A stretch of 64,000 nucleotides of DNA. Origin: Felis catus. Lineage: Eukaryota. The notes below the pieces were generated by a model. That model ran no database searches, had not been told where the DNA came from, and was given only the letters and a program-made list of their open reading frames with translations. Below are positions 38,346 to 47,762 of this stretch, piece after piece. The stretch's first letter is position 1. Every line of letters starts with the position of its first letter. The DNA lies in the NCBI RefSeq assembly GCF_018350175.1, contig NC_058368.1, positions 120,406,001 to 120,470,000 on the forward strand, given 5' to 3'. Position numbers and translations under genes: made by a program.

Positions 38346-38596
38346 AGAAGATCTACTTCTATACCCTGAACATAGTGGTGAGACATCTCACGGAGGGGAT
38401 GTTTACTTTCTGGTCACACACAATACTGTGGAAAAGTTAGACTGGGACCCAAGTTCTCTGGATTCTATTAAACAGATAGTTACTGAGGATCTGTATATGC
38501 CAGAAGGCATTTCATACGCTGAGCATGAGATAGTGAAAAAAAGACAGATGAGGTAGATGAAAGATAGGGTTAATTTTTAAGATAAGACCGGCATTT

Positions 38597-39003
38597 GTGT
38601 TAGATTTTCTGGGAAGAAGACACTGAAACGGAGGTAGGAGTACAAGAGGTTTATGGAGGTGCTGCTTGTGAAAGGTAAAAGGGGAACAAAGTATTAGCTT
38701 TCAGACTAAATATAGGTGATCTTCAGGAAGCAGAAGAAATAAGATTGAGCCAGGACTGCCTCAGAGTGAAAGGCAATCTGGCTGAGTCTCAGGCAGCCCA
38801 GAGGAGAGCCTCCTGGTAAATATGACCCTTTGGAGGTGTTGCACTTTGAGCAGAAATGGCCACGTCCCAGTAGCCCACCATGTGCAGTCATTGCTGGAGC
38901 TCTCAGGGAAGAGCATGTTCTTCCCTTAGCATCTGTGGTGTATCCTAAGGGTATGAGGGATCTTAAAATATAACAGGCTAGCAGTGCATCCCATGGGTAC
39001 ACA
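38597..39003 (-). mobile_element. ERVL LTR (LTR16/LTR33-like)
   Basis: TTTTCTGGGAAGAAGACACTGAAACGGAG..GAGGTTTATGGAG resembles the reverse 3' end of LTR16-type elements. Confidence 0.6.
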
Positions 39004-39479
39004 TTGAATAAACTCTTGGAGATGTGGAATGGAAGAAAGGGGAGAGGTGTCATGAAAGCCTGATGGCCAAATCTCTTTCTCCCTCTGATGTGTCAGTCCC
39101 AAATCAGTTATTCACTCCTTTGAATATAAATATTTATCTTCTCCTGGTAGCCTCTTAAATATATCCTTGGAAAGGGGACATACCAAGTTCTCAATACCTT
39201 GAAATGAATGAATCATTCATATTAATTTTTTCCATTGTAAGAGAAAAAGTCATACTGTGAGTTTTAGAGCCATATTCCCTTAGAATTAGAAGAAAACTAG
39301 AAGGTGTTAATCTAAACCAAGTCCCCCCTACGTTTCATAGGAGAAATTGAAAATAAAGCATAAATAGTTAACATGGAAGAATGTGGCAACCCAGAGAAAA
39401 GGGGAGAAAAATCGCAGATTTTAAACTTGACACAGGACTGTTAATTCTACTTTCAGTTCAATACAGAACTGATAGTCTA

Positions 39480-40500
39480 TCATTTCATTAATTCACCTCC
39501 GTTGCTATGTTCTGATCCAAGCCACCATGATTTCTCCCCCAACTTTTTGCATTAGCTTATCAACCCAGCAGCTACAACGATTCTCTAGAAGTCTCAATCA
39601 GATCATAACATTTCTGTGTGCAAAAAGTTCCAACAGCTTCCATGTAACTCAGAGGATAAGTTAATGTCCTTACCTTGGCCTGAAGAACCCTACACACTCC
39701 TGCCCCCATTACAAGTGCCACTGGTCTGCCCCAATCCTCACTCAGCTCCATCCACACTGTGCCCCTGACTCTTTTCTAACATGTTAGAAACTTTTGCACT
39801 ATTACCTCTCCTCAGAAGTCTCTTCCCATGTTATGTACACTTGGTTTTACCTCTTATTGTGAGATAATTGTAGATTTTGAGACGAGTTACAGAAATAGTA
39901 CAGAACTCCCATATACCCTTCACCTAGCTTCCCTTAATATTAATGTCTTACAAAACCATGGTAGAATTATCAAAAGTCAGAGATTAATATTGGTATAATA
40001 TTGTAGCTGAATTTCAGGTTTGATTGAGAGTTTTATCCCATTTGTCCACTAAGTCCCCATTTTCTGCAGCAATTCCTTTGTCTTCTCATGTCTTTCAAGA
40101 CCTTAGATTTTGAAAGTATTACCCAGTTATTTTGTCAAGTGTCCTCCAGTGTGTATATACTAGGTATTTCATAGGACATACTTTTCACTACTTTACTTCT
40201 TCAGATCTTTGCTCAAATGATGTCTTAGTAAAGATTTTTATGATCATTGTATTTTTTTTAAAAAATAGCTCAGTTTCTTCCAATGCCAGCAGCTTTCTTC
40301 CACACTTTCCTGCTTTCCTTTCCTTGACCAATGAAAATTAGATATTCTTTACTTCTTAATGACTTCTTTGTGTACTGTCAGTCTCCCTTTGCTAGAATGT
40401 TGACCCATGAAGGGAAAGACTCTTTATGATTTGTTCATTGCTGCTTACCTAATTTCGAAAAAATTCCTTCAAATTTGGAAGATGCTCAAAACAGTTTTGT
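39480..40500. mobile_element. L2 (+) interrupted by an old L1 3' fragment (-, ~39855-40170)
   Basis: CCAAGCCACCATGATTTCT and AATCAGATCATAACA (L2). AAATAGTACAGAACTCCCATATACCCTTCACCTAGCTTCCC (L1). Confidence 0.6.
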
Positions 40501-41894
40501 TGAAAGAACTCACCGAGGAAAGAACTTGCTGTTCTCAGTAATCCAGAAAGCAAAAGGAGCTTACTACAAAGTTAGAAATTCTATGCAACATGACATAATT
40601 CCAAAGGTATTAGAATTATCCAGCCAGGAGACTGGACAAAACTTCATGAGAAGCCTCACACATAGATGTCAGTTTTCTTTGTAAGGGCAGTCAGAACTAT
40701 TATTTAAAATACATTTCTTGCTGAGCTGTGAAGGTCCAAGTAGAAGGTTTTTCTACTTTTTCCTAAAAAAAAAAAATTGGTAAAATTATGGAAATGAAAA
40801 CCTCTTAGCCTTTATGACTACTGTAGTTTGCTCAGTAAAATGGATTTCAGATGCAGAAACATTTCACCCTCAAACAGGGCCTTTCAAAATCATTCCCTGA
40901 CATTTTCACTCATGCAAGTGCAAATGCCTCCTGATTCATGGAGATTTGAAGCATGTTAAAAACCCAGGCTGTTCTCAATTATGCCGGGCTTGCTATTCCA
41001 TCAGCAAATTATGCAAGACTATTTTTGCTTTTCTCCTTTTTCATCCCACTTTTAGTCCTAAAAATAGCATTAGAATTTCTACCCAAAGTGGAAAAAGGTA
41101 AAAGAAAGACAAAACTTGAATCTGGTAATTTTCTTGCCTGTGACCATCTAAGATGTTGAACAGAGGAGGTTCTGTGAGCTAGAAGCCTTGGGAATTACCT
41201 AGAATTTCATTGCCTAGGGCCAAGAAGGAGAATGAAGTAAAAAAGATGTTGGATTCTAACATGAGATACTCTGATCATCTTCTCACTTCCCTAAGCCTAG
41301 ATTTATCTGCAAAATGAAATATTGCCCCTATTTACTCACTAAGTTATTTATTCATTTAATAAACATTTATTGAGTCTTCCCATGACCAGTTCCTGAGTGT
41401 TTATACATGAAAGACCCAGTTCTTCTCCTTAAGGAATTCATAGGTGAGCAATATAGGTGCTCAGAAAAAATAAAAATTATACGATTGTATGATAACATTT
41501 ATAAAATAAGAATATACAAGGAGCCATAGGAGCACAGTTGGGGTGGCAGGGGACAACAGGGAAGGCTTTCTGAATGAGTAATGTCTGAAATGAATCTTAA
41601 AAAATTAGGAAGATTGGCTCAATGAAGGGAACTAGGGCAAAAAATGGAGGAAGATATTAACTGGAGGGAACAGAAAGTTATTTAATAAATGTTTACTGGT
41701 ACACACCATGTGAAAAATACTGGGCTAAAAGCTATAAATAGAACAGCAAAGTAACAGACATGTTTATTCTCTTCAAACTGGCATTCTAATTAGAAAGATT
41801 TCAAAATTAATTATTCCACAACAACTTGTGATAAGCAAAGGGCATGAAGAAAGGGTGGAGTCTTCTAAAAAAGTGATTATAAGAAGAAAAGCCA

Positions 41895-42033
41895 CAGGCT
41901 ATGATCTCACAATTTGTGGGATCAAGCCCCCTGTGCCAGGATTCTCTCTCTCCCTCTCTCTGCCCCTTCCCCACACATTGTTTCTCTCTCTCCCTCTCTC
42001 TTTCTCTCAAAATAAATAAATAAACATTAAATA
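41895..42033 (+). mobile_element. 5'-truncated, internally shortened CanSINE
   Basis: ATGATCTCACAATTTGTGGGATCAAGCCCC, (CT)n block and A-tail. TSD AAGAAGAA(A/G)AGCCA at 41881-41894 and 42034-42047. Confidence 0.88.
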
Positions 42034-42648
42034 AAGAAGAAGAGCCAGACTGGGTGGTCAGGAAAGGATTTTTTTTGACATTTTCTTTAAATTTTGAAGG
42101 ATTACTAAGTACAAATTAGTGAGAAATTAACTTGAAAATGGGATTAAGGGACAAAAGGAAGGGAAACGTTTCAGGCATTGGAAATGACAAGACCTGATTG
42201 ACTTTTAAAGAAGATCACTCTTGTTGTTATGTAGAAAACAGATTGGTGACCAATTATAAGATAACCATAATAGTCTGGGAGGAAATGATGCCAGAGTGAT
42301 TTATGAAGTATGTGGACCAAGAGAGAATGTCTTGGATTACTTAGGAAGATGTGACATTGAGCTAAGGAGCTAAGGAGGATTAAACTGAGGGATTGTCAGC
42401 ACGAAGATAATGGGGTCAGTTGTGAATATATTGAGAATGAGGTATCTGTGAGACAGCCAAACTGAAATTTGAGAAGGAAGGTAGATATGCAAGTCTGACC
42501 TTTGGAAGAAGATCCAGAAGGAAGTAGAACCTTGAGTGGCATCATGGGATAAATGAGAGATGTTTCTCATGAAGAGATTATAGAGTGAGAAGAGCACAGA
42601 GTGTAGGACCCAGGCTTGAACAATGTCAAAATTTAAAGGTTAGGTAGA

Positions 42649-42657
42649 AAAAAATAA

Positions 42658-42726
<69 letters not shown>
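42649..42726 (+). repeat. (AAAT)n microsatellite flanked by a 14-bp direct repeat
   Basis: About 17 AAAT units. AAAGGTTAGGTAGA at 42635-42648 and 42727-42740. Confidence 0.95.
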
Positions 42727-42728
<2 letters not shown>

Positions 42729-43687
42729 AGGTTAGGTAGAGGAGAGAAGTTCAAAATGGTGTTAGAAAAAGAAGGAGGAATATTATGAAATACTGAGGTA
42801 GTTGAATAAAGAGGTTTTCATCACTAGAGACAAAAAAGTATCCACTGAATATAGCCAAGTAAATGTCATTGGTGACCTTCATGAGAGCCATTTTCATGGT
42901 GGGAAGATGGCATATTGAAATAGACATTAAGTAGTGTGATGAAACTGAGTAGAAAATAGGGTGGGGGTGGAAATGGAAGGCTATTAATTGAGATAATGTG
43001 TATGATAACCTGTCTATATGTTTCTATTGCATTAACCCACTCTGTCCCTTATTCTGTTTGAACACGTATGATTACAATGCATACATGTGATATGTGTACG
43101 TGTATTAGGTAGACAGGCAGGTAGGTAGGTAAGTAGGTAGCTATCAATCAATCAATTTGGATCCTGAATTAAAAGTAAACTTAAAATGGCCAACAATTTT
43201 ATTGCTTGTAGATTGTTTCATTCTTAGAGAAATGGGTGCAGTTCTTCTATATCTATACTCTGCACTTACTGAGCAGCAAATGAAAAGATTTGCCATCAAT
43301 GTGCTTAGCATCCTGTAAAGAAACTGCTTTCTCTTATATCTCCTCTATTTTTCTGTACCTAGAGACCAAAACTAGACCAAAACTAGAAGCTGTCTTCGAG
43401 CTGGTATTGTGACACTCCTGTAAGTAGAATGGTGTCTGCTTAAACTGGAGTTTGTCAAGGGAACTTGGGCATGCCATGACTCAAGGAACCAAGCGCATTA
43501 TGGCTTATATGGAATGACTACCTTGGGTAGATACTTGGGATTTCCAAGTGAGAGGCTTAATTTCAGAGTATATCTTTTTTCACATTAACTTCAGATATTG
43601 CTAAATTAAAGCTCAACTTCTGAAACTTTTTTCAATAGTTTCTGATCACTTTTTTCATGCCCTCTTTTTAAAAATTAAGTGTCTTTT

Positions 43688-44132
43688 GGGGCGCCTGGGT
43701 GGCTCAGTCAGTTAAGCATCTGACTTTGGCTCAGGTCATGATCTCACGGTTCATGGGTTTGAGCCCCGCTTTGGACTCTGCTAACAGCTCAGAGCCTGGA
43801 GCCTGCTTTGGATTCTCTGTCTGCCCCTCCTCTGCTCACACTCTGTCTCTCTTGGTCTCTCAAAAATAAAATTAACTTTAAAAAAATTTTTAGGGGCGCC
43901 TGGGTGGCGCAGTCGGTTAAGCGTCCGACTTCAGCCAGGTCAGGATCTCGCGGTCCGTGAGTTCGAGCCCCGCGTCCGGCTCTGGGCTGATGGCTCAGAG
44001 CCTGGAGCCTGTTTCCGATTCTGTGTCTCCCTCTCTCTCTGCCCCTCCCCCGTTCATGCTCTGTCTCTCTCTGTCCCAAAAATAAATAAACGTTGAAAAA
44101 AAAATTAAAAAAAATTTTTTAAACAAATAAAT
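43688..44132 (+). mobile_element. Older CanSINE (outer element, body 43688-43892)
   Basis: Outer TSD AAAAATTAAGTGTC(T/C)TTT at 43670-43687 and 44133-44150. Confidence 0.93.
43893..44104 (+). mobile_element. Young SINEC_Fc inserted in the tail of the older SINE
   Basis: CpG-intact GGGGCGCCTGGGTGGCGCAGTCGGTTAAGCGTCCG head. Inner TSD-like TTAAAAAAATTTTTA on both sides. Confidence 0.96.
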
Positions 44133-44149
44133 AAAAATTAAGTGTCCTT

Positions 44150-46520
44150 TAAATTAACATGTGCACATCAAAAACTTGCCTACAGTTAATTGTGACAAAT
44201 AGAATCACGTAAGCCATGCTAATATGGAGGTTTCCTCCCTTTCCTCAGTTTCTCCCTAGAGGCATCTTGATCTAGAGCTCCTTACAAATAGAATTATGAA
44301 CTATATACAGCTTTTTATTAGAGTAAAACCATGTTCAGCGTTATATTTTTGAAAATATAGTTATTGTGCCTATCAATAGCTGAGTAATTTACCATTTTAT
44401 CAGTATACAATAATTTGTTGAATCAGTTTCTTTCTTGTAAACATTTAGTTAATTTCTAGTTTGTGGCTTTCATTGAGAAAGCTACTATCAATACTCATTC
44501 CAGTTTATATGGGTCATATGTTTTTATTTCTTTCAGGTAAGTACCTATCAGTGAAATTGAAGGGTCATTGGGAAGATGCATATTTAACTTTAAAAGAAAC
44601 TGACAGTTGTCCAGAGTAGATAGGAAGTAGTTGTACAAAGTAGATACTTTGCTTCCATCAGCAAAGTATAAGAGTTTTTATTCTATACCTCTGTCAACAC
44701 AGTATTTTGTTTTGTCAGTCTTAGCAATTCTGCTGTGTATAAAGTGCTATCTCATTGTGGGTTTAATCTGCAGTTAATTGATGACTAATGATCTTGAGCA
44801 CTTTTCATGAGTTTATTTGTTGTTTGTAATATTTCTTTGTAAAGAGTATATTCAAGATTTCTCACCACATTTTATTGAGTTATCTGAACTGTATTTATAT
44901 TACCAAATTTTTTAAAGTTCTCTGTATAACCTGGATAGAAGTCCATTTTCAGAAATAAGTGTTTTGAATGTTTTCTCTCAGCATGTGCCTTGCCTGTTCA
45001 TTGTATTTAATGATGTCTTTGATAAACAGAAATCACAGAAACCAGAAGATAATGGAAAACATCTTGAAAGTACTTTAAAAAGGAAAAGCACTATCAATAC
45101 AGAATTCTATATCCAACAAAAACAGTCACCAGGAATGAAAGCAAAATATACGTATGTCAGATGAAGAAAAATTAAGAGAAGTGTTGTCAACACATCTACT
45201 CTGCAAGAAACACTAAAGTAAGTTCTTCATGCTAATGGAAAGACAAAGGGGAAAACTTGGAATTTTACAAATATAGTAGGAACATAAATGGTAAGTATTT
45301 GAGAAATCAGTAAATAGAAAAGATAGTTTTTATTCTTCAATATTTTAAAATACATATAATCATTTATAAAGTTTTTATTTATTTATTTATTTTAAGAAAG
45401 AGAGAGAGCGCACATATGTGTAAATGGGGCAGGGGCAGAGAGATAGAATCCCAAGCTGGTTTTATGCTCTTAGCACAGACACCAACATAGGGCTCGATCC
45501 CACAAACCACTAGATCATGACATGAGCCAAAAGCAAGAGCCAGACACTTAACCAACTGAGTCACCCACACACACACATAAACATTGATGAAAGAAATTAA
45601 AAAGCTAAATAAATGGAAAGACATATCCATATTCACAGGTAGGATGATTTAATATTGTTAAGATGTCAATACTACGAAAATGATCTATGGATTAAGGCAG
45701 TCCCTGTCAAAATTCCAACAGCCATTTTTCCAGAAATATAAAAACTGATTGAAAAATTCCTATGAAATTACAAGGAGTTTCAGATAGCCAGACAATGTGA
45801 AAAAAGACAAGTAAAGCAGATTCACACTTTCAGATTTCAAAACTTAAAGCAACGGTAATCAAACACAGTACTGCATAAGGAGAGACATATAGATCAGTGG
45901 AATATAACTGAGAGTCCAGAGAGAAACCAATACACTTATAGTCAATTAATTTTCAACAAGGATTCTGAGACAATTCAATAGTAATTACTTTCATTATAAA
46001 TAAAGTGGTTTTTAAAACCATGTTTAGAACTATCCATATTTTCTAATTCTGCTCCTGTCATTATTGCCAGTTTGTGAGTTACATGGCTTTGTATATTCAT
46101 TTACATTGACAAATTTATTGTCATAAAGTTGTTTGTTATATTCCCTTGTTAATCTTTTAATGACTGGAAGATCTAAATGGCGTCCCCTTATTTATTACTG
46201 ATATGGTTAATTTGCATTTTCTTTCTCTTTGCTTCATCAGCCTAGCTAAAGGTTTATCAATCTTACTAATCTTTTAAAAGAATTGACTTTCAGTTCTCAT
46301 AATCTCCTTTTGTCAAATTTCTATTTTATCGGTTTTGCCCTCATCCTTATGTTTTCCTTTCTTCTGTTAATTTTGTTCAGTGTCCCCATCTTTTAGCATA
46401 TTTTTACCATGCACACATCAATCATTAATTTTATATTTGTTTTCTGTAATAGTAATTCCTGGTGTAACTTAAATCCCCAAATTTTGATATATTATGTTTT
46501 TATTTTCATTCATTATTTTA
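44150..46520. mobile_element. Patchwork of old L1 fragments: ~44150-45020 (-), ~45025-45370 (+, ORF1 end), ~45577-45980 (+, ORF2), ~46020-46520 (-)
   Basis: TCTCATTGTGGGTTTAATCTGC..GACTAATGATCTTGAGCACTTTTCATG; AGAATTCTATATCCAACAAAA; AAATGGAAAGACATATCC..AATATTGTTAAGATGTCAATACT; CAGCCTAGCTAAAGGTTTATCAAT. Confidence 0.72.
45372..45570 (-). mobile_element. Older CanSINE
   Basis: T-tail, (GA)n block and AGATCATGACATGAGCC..ACTTAACCAACTGAGTCACCCA. No clear TSD. Confidence 0.88.
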
Positions 46521-47311
46521 TCTGACTCTTACATGCACACTTTCGAGGAAATACAGTATTTCCTTCTTCACAGAGAAGGAAATCCAGAGCAAGAGGGTTA
46601 AAGGACTAGCCCAGACCCCTTGACTAAGAATTCACAGACCCAAGAGTTAAATTCAGGCCTTTGAATATCAAGCATGTTTCCATTATGTCAAAGTAGCCTC
46701 TCCCCTGTGCAGAACCACTTCTTATCTCTGTCAGAACCTGCCATTTTGACATTTACTTCCATCTACTTATAGTCATTGTTGAAAGGACATACAGACAGTG
46801 CCGTCAAGGTAGCTGTACTACCTGTTCTGTTTGAATTTGAAACTCTAGGTGTTTCTCGAGAGAGAAATCCGAGAGAGGGCTGTTGCTTTTTTGAATTGTT
46901 CTCGTTCAGATGGAGAACTTGTTTCACAGAATTCAAAATAGAAGAATAGAGAAAATGCAACTGGTAAAGTCATACCCGGTAATACTAACATCCTACATCA
47001 GAAGCAGAAAAAGGCAAAGGAGATGCTTTTGATCACCTCACATGCACATAAATAAGAATATGATAAAGCCCTGTCAAAATCTCTATTTTGTATGTCTCTT
47101 TTCCTACACATACTTTTTAAAAAATTGAATTTATTAATATTCTCCCAGTTCTGTAAGAAGGATCGATTTAACCACATATTTTAATTCTGAAACACTACCA
47201 TAGTGGTTTTTCCAAGCTTTTTTATTTTAAGACACATGAACTGAAATTTTTAGAGATTTTAAAATCTTAGATTAACATAACTTCAGAACTTTGGGTAGAA
47301 AAGGCCACGGA

Positions 47312-47533
47312 GGGGCGCCTGGGTGGCGCAGTCGGTTAAGCGTCCGACTTCAGCCAGGTCAGGATCTCGCGGTCCGTGAGTTCGAGCCCGCGTCGGGCTC
47401 TGGGCTGATGGCTCAGAGCCTGGAGCCTGTTTCCGATTCTGTGTCTCCCTCTCTCTCTGCCCCTCCCCCGTTCATGCTCTGTCTCTCTCTGTCCCAAAAA
47501 TAAATAAACGTTGAAAAAAAATTTTTTTAAAAA
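47312..47533 (+). mobile_element. Young SINEC_Fc
   Basis: Near-consensus and CpG-intact. TSD AGAAAAGGCCA(C/T)GGA at 47297-47311 and 47534-47548. Confidence 0.97.
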
Positions 47534-47653
47534 AGAAAAGGCCATGGAGTGCTTCCCTTAGTTTGCAGATGAGGAAAGAAAAAGAGAAAGAGAAATTTAT
47601 CCACAGTAGTGATCTAAGTAGGGTTCCTGATACCAAGTAGTAGTAGTTTTATG

Positions 47654-47762
47654 TTTCTCTCTCCCTCTCTCCTTCCCTCCCTCCTACGCTCCGTGTGTGT
47701 GCGCATGTGTGTGTGCGCGCGTGTGTGTGTGCCCGCCCATGCGCGCGTGCACGTACATGCAT
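47654..47762 (+). repeat. Compound polypyrimidine + (TG/CG)n alternating tract
   Basis: CT-rich at 47654-47685. Perfect purine/pyrimidine alternation at 47692-47732 and 47738-47762. Confidence 0.9.

Larger units (their letters stand above)
41330..42950 (-). mobile_element. L2 fragments
   Basis: ATTCATTTAATAAACATTTATTGAG, AAGATCACTCTTGTTGTTATGTAGAAAACAGATTG and GTCATTGGTGACCTT motifs. Confidence 0.62.

Noticed and set aside
43362..43387. Short tandem duplications (GACCAAAACTA x2; also CATAGGTGC(C)TCAG at ~48983-49014)
   Set aside because: Ordinary slippage duplications with no higher-order array.
43459..43483. p53-like GGGCATGCC half-site next to AP-1 TGACTCA
   Set aside because: Only one good half-site, and such short motifs are expected by chance in 64 kb.
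43789..44079. Recurrent peptides such as GQRETEHERGRGRERGRHRIGNRLQAL (also near 25511, 47336, 62259)
   Set aside because: Translations of SINEC_Fc copies, not a gene family.
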